Source of the DNA: Mobula birostris
Lineage: Eukaryota
Length of the DNA: 64,000 bases
NCBI RefSeq assembly: GCF_030028105.1
Contig: NC_092378.1
Coordinates: forward strand, 40,217,967-40,281,966
Direction of reading: 5' to 3'
Shown here: positions 12,001 through 25,800 of the stretch, in pieces
Numbering within the stretch: the stretch's first letter is position 1
How the letters are laid out: each line of letters begins with the position of its first letter
Program-made: the position numbers and the translations under genes
The notes under the pieces: model-generated
Told to the model about the DNA's origin: nothing
Seen by the model: the letters and a program-made list of their open reading frames with translations, nothing else
The model's database searches: none

Positions 12001-15000
12001 GCTTGTTCATAGATTCTGGAAAGGTGTAATAATAACAGGGTTGTCATGATGGGAGATTTTAATTTCCCAAATATCGATTGGCATCTCCCTAGAGCAAGGG
12101 GTTTAGATGGGGTGGAATTTGTTAGGTGTGTTCAGGAAAGTTTCTTGACACAATATGTAGATAAGCCTACAAGAGGAGAGGCTGTACTTGATCTGGTATA
12201 GGGAAATGAATCTGGTCAGGTGTCAGATCTCTCAGTGGGAGAGTATTTCAGAGATAGTAATCACAATTCCATCTCCTTTACCATAGCATTGAAGAGGGAT
12301 AGGAACAAACAAGTTAGGGAAACATTTAATCAGAGTAAGGGGAAATATGAGGCTATCAGGCAGGAACTTGGAAGCATAAATTGGAAACAGATGTTCTCAA
12401 GGAAATATACGGAAGAAATATGGCAAATGTTCAGGGGATATTTACGTGGAGTTCTGCACAGGTACGTTCCAATGAGACGGGGAAAGGATGGTAGGGTACA
12501 GGAACCGTGGTGTACAAAGGCTGTTGTAAATCTAGTCAAGAAGCATAGCAAAGCTTACAAAAGGTTCAGAGAGCTAGGTAATGTTAGAGATCTAGAAGAT
12601 TATAAGGCTAGCAGGAAGGAGCCTAAGAATGAAATTAGGAGAGCCAGATGGGGCCATGAGAAGACCTTGGTGGAGAGGATTCAGGAAAATCTCAAGGCAT
12701 TCTACAAGTATGTGAAGAGAAAGAGGATAAGACATAAGAGAATAGGACCGATCAAGTGTGACAGTGGAAAAGTCTGTATGGAACCAGAGGAGATAGCAGA
12801 GGTACTTAATGAGTACTTTGCTTCAGTATTCACTATGGAAAAGGATCCTGGCGATTGTAGGGATGACTTACAGTGGACTGAAAAGCTTGAGCATGTAGAT
12901 ATTAAGAAAGAGGATGTGCTGGAGCTTTTGGAAAGCACCAACTTGGATAAGTCACCGGGACCGAACGAGATGAACCCCGGGTTACTGTGGGAGGTGAGGG
13001 AGGAGATTGCTTAGCCTCCAGCGATGATCTTTGCATCAATGGGGACGGGAGAGGTTCCGGAGGATTGGAGAGTTGCGGATGTTGTTCCCTTATTCAAGAA
13101 AGCGAATAGAGATAGCCCAGGAAATTATAGACCAGTGAGTCTTACTTCAGTGGTTGGTAAGTTGATGGAGAAGATCCTGAGAGGCAGGATTTATGAATGT
13201 TTGGAGAGGTATAATATGATTAGGAATAGTCAGCATGGCTTTGTCAAAGGTAGATCATGCCTTATGAGCCTGATTGAATTTTTTGAGGATGTGACTAAAC
13301 ACATTGATGAAGGTAGAGCAGTAGATGTAGTGTATATGGATTTCAGCAAGGCATTTGATAAGGTACTCCATGCAAGGATTATTGAAAAAGTAAGGATGCA
13401 TGGGATCCAAGGGGATATTGCTTTGTGGATCCAGAACTGGCTTGTCCATAGAAAGCAAAGAGTGGTTGTAGACGGGTCATATTCTGCATGGAGGTTGGTG
13501 ACCAGTGGTGTGCCTCAGGGTTCTGTTCTGGGACCCCTATTCTTCATGATTTTTATAAACGACCTGGATGAGGAAGTGGAGAGATGGGTTAGTAAATTTG
13601 CTGATAACACAAAGGTTGGGGGTGTTGTGGATGGTGTGGAGGGCTGTGAGAGGTTACAGTGGGACATTAATAGGATGCAAAACTGGGCTGAGAAGTGGCA
13701 GATGGAGTTCAACCCAGATTAGTGTGAAGTGATTCATTTTGATATGTCAAATATGATGACAAAATATAATATTAATGGTAAAACTCTTGGCAGTGTGGAG
13801 GATCAGAGGGATCTTGGGGTCCAAGTCGATAGGACACTCCAAGCTGCTGCGCAGGTTGGCTCTGTGGTTAAGGCAGCATATGCTGCATTGGGCTTCATCA
13901 ATCATGGGATTGAGTTTAGGAGTCGAGAGGTAATGTTGCAGCTGTACAGGACCCTGGTCAGACCGCAATTGGAGTACTGTGCTTTCAGAAGGATGTGGAA
14001 ACCATAGAAAGGATGCAGAGGAGATTTACTAGGATGTTACCTGGATTGGGGAGCATGCCTTATGAGAATAGGTTGAGTGAACAAGGACATTTCTCCTTGG
14101 AGGGACGGAGGATGAGAGGTGTACAAGATGATGAGAGGCATTGATCATGTGGATAGACTGAGGCTTTCTCCCTGGGCTGAAATGGCTAGTATGAGAGGGC
14201 ACAGTTTTAAGGTGCGTGGAAGTAGGTACAGAGGAGATGTCAGGGGTAAGTATTTTTACACACAGAGTGGTGAGTGAGTGGAATGGGCTGCCAGCGACTG
14301 TGGTGGAGGTGGATATGATAGGGTCTTTTCAGAGACTCCTGGATAGGTACATGGAGATTAGAAAAATAGAGGGCTATGTGTAACTTTTGGTAACTTCTAA
14401 GGTAAGGACAAGTTCGGCATAACTTTGTGGGCTGAAGGGCCTGTATTGTGCTGTAGGTTTTCTATATTTCTATAAATGAACTATAAATTCAAACTTGCAT
14501 TTATCAACTTTACAACACACACAAAATGCTGGAGGAACTCAGTAGGTCAGGCAACATCAATGGATGGAAATCAACAGTCAATGTTTTGTGCCAAGGCCCA
14601 ATATAAGGATCAGCTTTACCTTTTGTTTTGGAAACTGGTGACTCGCTCACTGCTGGTTCAATTTTACCATGCACTTCTTCAATAGCTTGGATCTGTGCTT
14701 CTAATTTTTTCTTCAGTTCCTCACAAGTTAAGGAAGGTTCAATTGCTGGACACATCACAATGTAAAATGAGTGAGAAAATAATAATTTTAATAAAAGTTA
14801 ACAAAGAAAAATAAACCTCATTGTTGCTGGTGTAATTTATTTGTGTAATATGAACAAAAACAGTAAACCAAGATACAATGCTTTTCTGTGCTCATACCAA
14901 TAAATAAATTCATAATTCATTAAAAACTAAACTAAAACCCATCAGAGCCCATCAAATCACAATTCAGGTAAAATCTTCTTCCATCATCACTATTTGTCTC

Positions 15001-16781
15001 AAATAAATAAGTAAGGGTGGAACAATGACACAAAATTTAAAGCTGTTGCTGCACATGTAACCTCCGATGCTGTGGAGTTTCACATCCTCCCTGTGACCCT
15101 TCCAGCTTCCCCTTGGTGTTCCAGATTCCTCCCATGTCTCAAAAACACGCTGGTAAGTTAACTATCAATTGCAAAATACTTCTGGTGTATGTGGGTGACA
15201 GGAAAATCGGTGGACAGTATGTGAGACAGACAGGCTGTGGAGAAATGACTGGGGGAGAGCACTGAGAGGCAGCATGGACTCAGTTCAAATGGCTTCCGTC
15301 TGTGCCATTTGGAAATATGCCTAAATCTGTATAAAACTACTGTATAAAACTTGCAGTATTGTATAAGCTTCAACCATACCTGCATTTCTCTAAGTATTTA
15401 AAGTGCTTATTTGAATGAATGCCAAGGCTCATTCTGCTCACTCCCTCTGTACCTTCTCCAGTGCTTCAATTTGCATATATCATCTAGCTATTATCATATT
15501 TTGAGCAAACTGCAGACAGCCAATAAGAGAAAGCTTTTTCTGGAAATTGTGCCCAGGAAGGTAAAAATTAAATTTCCAACCTATGCCACTGAAGGGCTTT
15601 AGTGAATTTTCCAGTGAATACTTGCATGGTGGTACAGAGCTTCAGGCAAAACTGATTCGACATCTTTAGCCTCCAAGATAAGAACATTTACTATTACTAT
15701 ATCAATCCCACCTTTTATTAATAGCGCTATCACACCTCATTTGCCTTTCTGCTTATCGTTCCCAAATGTTAAGTACTTCAGAATATTTATTTCTCAGAAT
15801 TGGTCAGCTTGAGACCACATCTCTGTAATGGCTACAAAAAAAAAATTTATTTCTATCAGCCATCAATTCATTAATCTTGTTACCAATAATTTGAGCTACA
15901 AGTAAACATCTGAAAATATATGTAAGAATATACCTCCTGACCGCTCATTTGATTGATCAGGGGCAATTGAAGCAGTAAATTTAGTAGGGTCCAAACTTGC
16001 AGTACCTTCCATACCTCTACTGCTGCCATCTGTAACTGTAGGTCCTCCTGCTCTTGCATCATTTGTATTCATTGGTTTGAGAGAAATTCAAAAAAGAGAT
16101 ATAAAAACATTGATAATGTTAAGTTTTTTAAAGATACAATGCTATTTGAATGCAGTAGATATTGATAGCAAACAATTCCAGTAAAATGGGGGTGCACTTG
16201 GACACAAAAGCCACTCTGGGTCCAATCAAAGATGTCTTTCTTCATCTTTTATATCTTTTTTATGATCGCAAGTCACTGCTGGATGCTAAGAACATCAAAT
16301 ACTGCATGTCTATTCCATCAGAGTTGCAAGATAGCAATGAAGCTGGACTTACTGCATATCGTTACGTTGTCGCTTGGATTTGTTGTGTACTGTTATTGTG
16401 TTGAGGTTGTGTGCAGTCTGAGTGATTGACTTAGATGTTTTTATTGTGATCACAAGACCCTCTTGGTCATTGGTAACATGGAATACTGTAAGTCCAGTTC
16501 ACAGGTTTGGTGGCGAGATTGATGGCGGGGAGCTGCACTGGTTTGGTTGTAGTGAGAACTAGGGCCTCACCGCAGGGTTGCCTGTTGCAGTCGCTCAGGG
16601 GAGGAGATACTGAGGCAGTCTAGGAGTGAGCAGTGGCCTCTGTAGGCATCCTGTAGTCTGTACTGGGTTGGGGCTGACCCCGCCCATTGGTGCCACCCTC
16701 CAGTGTTTGCTTAGTGGAAGAACAAACTGAAGCAGGTCAACTTACTATTAACATGCAATTATGCCACTTAGGAACTTGGGT

Positions 16782-16812
<31 letters not shown>

Positions 16813-19800
16813 TTTTTTTTCTTTGTAACTGTGTTTTCCTGCATTTGTAACGATATATGCTATTTCTGCTATGTGCGGTGTGTTGTGTGCTGTTGGTAAT
16901 GTGTTTTGCACCTTGGCCTTGGAGGAACGCTGTTTCATTTGGCCATATTCATGTATGTTAAATAATAGTTAAACATGAACTTGAACTGACATGTAATTCC
17001 ACAGATAACTGTGTCAATATTCTGTGCTGCCAATTGTTTATGATAGGATTTTTGCAACTACTTGTCTTTTCATATGATACAGTTTCTCTGTAAAAGCTAC
17101 TATCATGTATTAAAAAATAAAGCAGAAATATTAGGCATGGTCCTATTACAGAATATAAAAATATACAAATAGCTGAAGACTTAAACCAATATTTTGCGTT
17201 TGTATTAACTACTGAAGATAAATAAAGCCAATATAGTAAGTTATCAGGTGTCTAATGGTTTTAACTAATTTAAAATAATTAACACCAATAAAGATGAAGT
17301 ACCAAACTAAAAACTGAGAAAATATCAGGAGCTGAGAGGTTGCATCTTTGAGCTAAAAGAAATGAATGCTGAGATGGTGAATACAATAATAATGAGTTTT
17401 AAAATTTACTATATTCTGGAATATTTCCAGCAGAATAAAAGATAACAAATGTAAGACTGCTCAAGGTGGATCAATTAATTAAGCCAGAGGCATGAGAGAA
17501 TCATAATATGCTTAGGCCAAATCAACATGGCTTTATGAAAAGGCGAATGAGTATGATAAATCTAAATGAGTGTTTTGAACATGGGATTATCAAAATAGGT
17601 AAGGGAAAAAGGTGCAAGCATCATTTTTAGATTTTCTGGAGGGATTACACAAAGAAAAGTTTTGAAGTTGGGAATACTGTAATACATGAACAAGTGGTTA
17701 ATTGAAGAATACTAAGCAAATTAGAAAATATCAAATTGCTTTCAGCTCATTTGGCTGCTAATAACAGGATGCCACAAACATCAGTAATGGGCCCCCAGGT
17801 ATTTCAAATATAGATGAAAGCTGCCTTGTCCTCTTCTTATGGACTTTAGCTGGCCTAACTACTCTCAACACAGAAGTCATCTTTCCCGCTTCGACTTCAT
17901 CCACACAGAACTTAAGGTCTATGAACTGCCTTGTCTCAAGTGTCTCCCGGTTAGCCATATATGTAAAGAAACAAAAACACAAAACGCTTTCAATAGTGTT
18001 GAAACAATATGGGGGTGACTGTATTTATCCTGACTTGAATTAGTATACTAAATTCATATAATAATTGCCAACATCAATGCAGACTGGCATCAAATATGAT
18101 GTATTTTCCCTATAGACCCCTGCCTAAGCCATACTGGCATGAAGAGGCATGAGTTAAGGGAGCTAGGGCTTTACTCTTTGGAGAGAAGGAGGGTGAGAGG
18201 AGAGATGATAGAGGAGAGATGATAGAGGTATACAAGATATTAAGAGCAATAGGTAGAGTGGACTGCCAGCGCCTCTTCCCCAGGGCACCACTGCTCAATA
18301 CAAGAGGACATGGCTTTAAGGTAAGGGGTGGGAAGTTCAAGGGGGATGTTAGAGGAAGGTTTTTCACTCAGAGAGTCGTTGGTGCCTGGAATGCACTGCC
18401 TGAGTCAGTGATGGAGGGAGATACACTACTGAAATTTAACAGACTACTGGACGGGTATATGGAGGAATTTAAGGTGGGGGCTTATATGGGAGGCAGGGTT
18501 TAAGGGTCAGCACAACATTGTGGGCCAAAGGACCTGTACTGTGCTGCACTATTCTATGTTCTATGTTAACTAGATTAGCACTCCTGTTTAGAAAATATTC
18601 CATTTTCCAAGCAACTGTATCTTCACTTTGCGGTACTGATTCACTAGACTGAATCCTCAAGTTAGGGGATTGACATATGATGAGATATTGTGTAGGATTT
18701 GCTTGTACAGTATTCCTTAGAAGCACAGACAGGGAGCTGTTGAAAGGCAGTTTCCTCTGGCTAAACAGTTTACCTAGAGAGCAGACATAATGTTAGGATG
18801 AACAGATTTACTGATGAATTGATAATACATCTCCCTATTTTGAGGAAAGTGAATCTTGTGTTCTCTAACTTAGAGGGCTCTGGATGCTAATCCATTCAAT
18901 GTATACAGGGCTGAGATCAATAAATTGATGGGCACCAAGCAAATCAAGTGATTTTTGGGCAGAAAATTCCTTGGAGCAATACTCAGTATTAAGAAAGGAA
19001 AAGGCATTCATTCCCTCACAGGAATAGGAAGAATAGGAAATTCTGCACCTCATACTTGAACCATCATGATTATTTTTTCACTCATGTGGCACTTCCCTGT
19101 ACTAATCCCATATCCCTTGATTCCCTCAATATCCAAACATCTACTGATCTCATTCTTAATCTTAATTAGTGACCAATTCTCCATACTGCTGAAGAGTAAA
19201 AAGAATCCAAAAGACTCTTAATATTCCTGATGGGTAAGTATAGTCTTATCTCAGTCCTGAATAGCCAACACATTATTTTGAGAATGTTCTTGATTCCCAA
19301 CCTGGTGAAATATCATCCCTGTATCTCCATATAAGAGTATTGTCTGATTCAATAACACCACTTCACTTTCTAACTCCAGACAGTATAGGCCTAGTCTACT
19401 TCACCTCTCTTCTTAGGACAATCTCCTATCACGAGAAGCTCCTTCTATTCTAAGACAATGTTTCATTAGGTACCGGAAGAAGATGTGTACACAATATCCC
19501 ATGTGTACTTTCATCAAAGTCATACACAATTGGAATATGACATTTTACTCTTGGATTCAAATCCTTTATCTGGAAGACATTTGTCCATTTGTCTTCTGCG
19601 TTGCTTATTTTATTTGCTTAGTAACTGTCACTGATTGATACACAAGGATACATCAATCACCCTTAATATTAATATTCTCAGCATTTTAAAAACGTAATGC
19701 TTTTCTGCCAGAGTGGATGACATCATATCATTCCTCTTTTCCACCAACCAGATCTTTCACCTACAAACGAATCTGCTTCCATTAAAACAGGTAACTTGAA

Positions 19801-22800
19801 GTTGGGGTCATGTTTCTCTGTTTTGAATTTTGAAACCATCTGCACTTTGCCACTCAGTGTTTCAGCCATTTTGAGTGATAAATTGAATGATCAAAGTATC
19901 AAAAAAAAAACAGCAGTTGGTGAAAATTTGAAGAGAAACGATCAAAAGCTGGAAATACTCAGCGGATCCAGTGTCACATGTACAAGTGAATGATCAATTA
20001 TTCTGTCATTTTGATGCTTTAGTTTAAGGGAAGAACAGTGGCATACTCACTGCAAATTAAATGACCTTTCAGATAGTACAATAGTCAAAGAAAAGGAAAT
20101 GTAAATCACCATCTTCTGAGTTCAATAAATCAGAAAATACCTGTCAAGTTGTGACAGAGTACATGGTGCTACTGCAGACAAAAACTCACAATTATTGCTT
20201 ACAAATATCAGCTAGTACTTTGAGTAGAGTAAAACTAAATAATTCTAAGGCATCTTGCTAACAAGTTAAATTGTACATTACCTTCTGGCATCTCATGTGA
20301 TGGACCAGATGTAGAGCTTTCTGTAGTAGTACATTTGAAACAGTCCAAAATTATTGCAGCTTCACCCATATGAATTTTGCTACAGTCTATAATTAGAGAT
20401 TCTGTTGCTGTTAGGCCTTTACTCATATTTATCGATTCAAGAATATTCAACAGAAGAGAGAAGAAAAGTGAAAATATTAATTAAAATACATCCTAAATCT
20501 TTCATTGCCATTGATTTTTATAGACCTAGAAGTCTACAGGAAATCAACAAACTGTAGTGACACTAACAGTAAATGCTCTAACACAGTCAATACTTACAAA
20601 TCTCTCTTTACCTTCCCTACCCGTGTTTCTCCAAAGTTTTTATTCTTATCTGCACTCATTTCATTGGTTGTCACTTGGAAAGCAAACCTGTCTATGCAGG
20701 AATGTGGTAAAAGTCAACAAGTCAATGAGTCTTGCACATCCCTTCAGTGAATTAGTCAGCTCCATTTTGGGTACTAGCCTCCATAGTATCAAAGACATCT
20801 TCAAGGAACGGTACCTCAGAAAGGCAGTATCCATTATTAAGGACCCCCTATCACCCAGGACATACCCTCTTCTCATTGTTACTGTCAGGACAGGGATACA
20901 GAAGCCTAATGACAGACACTCAGTGATTCATGAACAGCTTATTCCTCTCTGCCATACAATTCCTAAATGGACATTGAACCCATGAACTCTACCTCACGTT
21001 TTTATATATATTATTTCTGTTTTGCACTATTTTTAATCTAACTATCTAATATACATATATACTTAATTATCTACATATCTATTTTTTCTTTCTATATTAT
21101 CACGTGTTGCGTTGTACTGCTACTGCTAAGTAAACAACTTTCACGACACATGCCGGTGATAATAAACCTAATTCTGATAGTTCTATGGCTCTGATTTTAG
21201 ACACCTAACAAAGTGCTGCAGAAAGTTGCACTACTTATGGGGAATTACAAAAATAAATAAATAAGAAACTCAGAAGGAAGTTTGGTATTTGCTGCCAACT
21301 TATGATACCATTAATTTAAATAAAAGTTTATATTACAAACCTTTTGAGGAGTTTGACAGGTTCAAGTCAATGTTTCCCCTGACTGGAATACTAGAAACTA
21401 TGAGGTATCAGTCATTCAGAGCAGAGATACGAGAAGGAATTATTTTCACCATTGAGTGGTGAATCCTTGGAATTCACAATCAGTAAGATTGTAAATCAAG
21501 GGTCTGGGAGTTACTGCAGGAGGCTGTGTTGAGGTAAATGATCTAACTGATAGCAAAACAGGCATAAGAAGATGAATGATTTATTCCTGCTTCTATTTCT
21601 TATATATTTTCAATTAATAAAAATTAGTTCAATACTAATTTTAGATTTAAGTATGTAAATGTCAAACTGTAACCATTTAGTTCTCCTGACTAATGCTGAT
21701 GAAAAGTCTCAGCCCAAAATTTCAACACTTTATTCCTTTCCACAGATGTTGCCTGATCTGCTGAATTCCTTCAGCATTCTGTCTATGTTACTTCTACAGA
21801 ATATTTTGTGTTTACCATTTACTAATTCGCATTGTGCAAATTTGGTTTTCTGTCCAAGTTAGGAATGTATGAAAAGAAACAGGCCATCCAGTCCCTCAGC
21901 CTTGTTCTGCCATTTAATCAGATTGTGGACAATATGTATCTGAACTTAATTTAGCTATATTTGTTTCACACCTATTCACTACATTTAACAGAAGTCTCTA
22001 ACCTAAAATTCACCACCTTATGTGAGAGGGAGGTTCAGATTTCCACTATGAGATATGCTTTCTATTTTTCATATTGCAGCACAACTTTCATCTAAGATCA
22101 CAGCTTGTTCCAAATTCCCTCACTAGAAGAAATAACTTCTTTGTATTCACCTTAAAGAATCTAATAGCTTTTTAACCAACACCCCTAAATATTCTAAACT
22201 CAGAGACAAAAATAAGTTTATACAATTCATCCATATGGTTTAATGGTTCATACACAGTGAAATGGGGAATTTGAACCAACTCTCCTTCAATCCAAATACA
22301 ATTTTCATGAACTTTATGGATCAGAATACAGGCCTATAATTATGCAATAGCGCAAGCATGCAAATTCCACTCGTTTCCTTCCACAGCACCTAATCCCAGC
22401 CTACAACAGATATATTTTGTATGGTGTTTCTCATGTCCAAGGGCTCAATCTGCAATGATATTTTCTTATTCCTTCACCAGGTATCAGCATCATAAGCAAA
22501 AGCATAATCCAAGGTACATGACTATGTTTTACCAAAAAAATGTACAGTCACCAATGCTTGTGTCCGCCATTCATTCCAGAATTTACTTATTTACCTTAAT
22601 TTAAATTCTGTAGCTAATATAGTGGGATTTAATTTCATGTTACAGTTGCTCACTCTATGCCTCTGAACTACTATTCTCTAGCCTAGTGATTCCCAATCTG
22701 GCATCCACAGAGCCCTAAGTTAATGGGAAGGCTCCTTGGCATAAAAAAGTTTGGGAACCCCTGCTCTAGCCATATTTCTCTGTTCTGTGAGCTTACAAGA

Positions 22801-25800
22801 ATGAACTTGCTTACCCTAGAGAACAGACAGTGCCAGCAGGAATTTTCATTCTTTGAAGATTCTTGGCTAAATTATACTTTAAATGGAAATATGTACAACT
22901 GGAATATAAATTGCAAGTTGCACCATTTAGTTGGAGATGAACTCTAAGCAACCATCTGATTGCAGCATTTTGATCAGTTTAAGTTTAGAGATACAGTACA
23001 ACTTCCACACTCTTCCTTCAGTTCATACTGAATAGCCGAGGCTCCAGTACAAATGATCAAGAAGCCATGCTGTCACATCATGCTGGGACAACTATTTACA
23101 CAGCAAAATAGACAAAACAGGAAATATGTTTTCAGTCATAATGCATAACTAGTATTTCTGAAGTATTGCTCACTGCAAAATCACCTTGCAATTATAAAGT
23201 GAAATGTTTTAACGTTAGAGTAAAATGTGCAGTGGCTGATGCTGAATCTAATTTTGAAGTTTCTGCAATAGTACACTATAATAATTCTATCCTATTATTA
23301 AATTATGTTAACAACATAATTGTGGTCTTTATTAAAACATTAATAGTATAAGCATGAAAAATACAAATTATTGTTGTCATTTATGTCTTGTTATTTGTCT
23401 TAATTTTTGTTTGTTCTACTGTGTTTTAACATTGTTCAAACAAAATTAGGTGTTAATGCAACTAATTTTAAAGGTAATGTACACCAGGATACATCCAGAT
23501 ATAAATAACAAGTTAAATAGTTTGAAATGTCAATATTACCTGTTTTTGTTACATCAGCTAAATTTGCCTCTGGTGTTGCAATTGGACTTTTTCCCATTGT
23601 TTCATCCATTATGACTTCAGCAGTTGGACCTTCCCCAACACCATGATTTATGATTTCAGAATCAACTATTCCATCAAACGAATGAACAAAAATGAGTTTG
23701 CAGCCAGCACAAATATAATAAATGCCTACTGTAGTTTTTGAAAATCATTGCTAATCATAATCTAACCACATAATCCAGCATGATTGATTGCTAAAATGAT
23801 TACTGTGCACGCTGTCAAAGAAGCTGATCAATTATATGCAGCATGATTGATTGTCATGCTGTTCACTGTCAAAGAAACCAACAAGTTTATTTTTCTGCTC
23901 TATTGCATATGTTCATAAATTTTGTGTATTGATATGCTGATTTCAGCAAAAGTGTTGGAGAAGGAAATATCAGTTACGCTTTCACAAAACAAAACATGGG
24001 AAAATTATTCCTTTTGGTCTATATTAGTATGCATTTTTGTTCCTGGCAGCTGTAAAAAGGAAGAAATGTCCTTTTGTTTATTAAATAGGTGAATACTCCA
24101 TTCCCCTTCTTTCCAATAACTATTAACTCAATTGGCATCCCCTCCATTCTTATCCATTGTGCTCCCTGAACAAAATAATCCCATGAAACGGAATCCGTCC
24201 TGATAGTCAATGGCCATACTGTCCTACACTCCTGCATATCAATTCTTCAATCGTTTTTCTCACTAGCCTTACTTATTCTTCCTAAATTTCCACAAATATT
24301 GAACTCCCAAAAAGCAAAAAAAAATACAACTACAAATATTGGAAGTCTAAAATATTAAAAAAAACAGAAAATGTTAGAAATATTCAGGAAGTCAGACAGT
24401 ATCCATGGGGACAGAAATCTTTCAGGTCAATGATCTTTTATCAGAACTAGGTAAAGTTTAAAAAAGGCACGTCATTTTAAGTTGCAGAAAATGGGGAGGG
24501 GTGAAAAGAACAAAGGGAACATCAGTGATAGGTTGAAGATCAAAAGGGAGGCTGAGTGACATACACTCAGTGGCTATTTCATTGGGCACCTCCTGTACCT
24601 AATAAAGAGGCCACTGAGTGTATGTTTGTGGTCCTCTGCTGTTGCAGCCCAACCATTTCGCTTTGAGATGTTGTGCGTTCAAATGCTCTTGTACACACCA
24701 CTGTTATAACACGAGATTATTTGAGTTACTGTTGTTTTCCTACCAGCTGGCCATTACCCTCTGATCTCTCTCATTAACAAGGCATTTTTGCCCACAGAGC
24801 TGCCACTCACTGTTTGTTTTTTGCACCACTCTCTGCAAATTCTAGAAACCACTGTGCGTGAAAATTTCAGGAGATCAGAAATTTCTGAGATACTCAAACC
24901 AATCCGTCTCGCACCAACAATTATTCCATAGTCAAAGTCATCTTCAGAAGTTTTCTGATGACTCTGCCATAGTTCATCAGCAACAGAGATGAGGCTGAGT
25001 ACAGGGCTATGGTAGGAAACTTTGTCACATGGTGTGAGCAGAATTATCTGCAGCTTAATGTGAAAAAGACTAAGGAGCTGGTGGTAGACCTAAGGAGAGC
25101 TAAGGCACCGGTGACCCCTGTTTCCATCCAGAGGGGTCAGTGTGGACATGGTGGAGGATTACAGATACCTGGGGGTACGAATTGACAATAAACTGGACTG
25201 GTCAAAGAACACAGAGGCTGTCTACAAGAAGGGCCAGAGCCGTCTCTATTTCCTGAGGAGACTGAGGTCCTTTAACATCTGCCGGACGATGCTGAGGATG
25301 TTCTACGAGTCTGTGGTGGCCAGTGCTATCATGTTTGCTGTTGTGTGCTGGGGCGGTAGGCTGAGGGTAGCAGACACCAACAGAATCAACAAACTCATTT
25401 GTAAGGCCAGCGATGTTGTGGGGATGGAACTAGAATCTCTGACGGTGGTGTCCGAAAAGAGGATGCTGTCCAAGTTGCATGCCATCTTGGACAATGTCTC
25501 CCATCCACTACATAATGTACTGGTTGGGCACAGGAGTATATTCATCCAGAGACTCATTCCACCGAGATGCAACACTGAGCGTCATAAGAAGTCATTCCTG
25601 CCTGTGGCCATCAAACTCTACAACTCCTCCCTTGGAGGGTCAGACATCCTGAGCCAATAGACTGGTCCTGGACTTATTTCCTGGCATAATTTACATATTA
25701 CTGTTTAATTATTTATGGTTTTATATTGCTATATTTATACTCTATTCTTGGTTGGTGCAACTGTAACAAAAACCAATTTCCCTCAGGATCAATGAAGTAT

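Noticed and set aside
12220-14007. Long ORFs as a host gene
   Set aside because: CR1 ORF2 fragments separated by stops.
17930-17965. YMANRE resembling a downstream IQUB motif (YMANQE)
   Set aside because: Too short, in the wrong position in the gene, and with no further alignment; likely chance.
22990-23110. Minus-strand acceptor (tgtaaatag) resembling the IQUB repeat exons
   Set aside because: Stop after three codons in the phase-1 frame and no matching donor.
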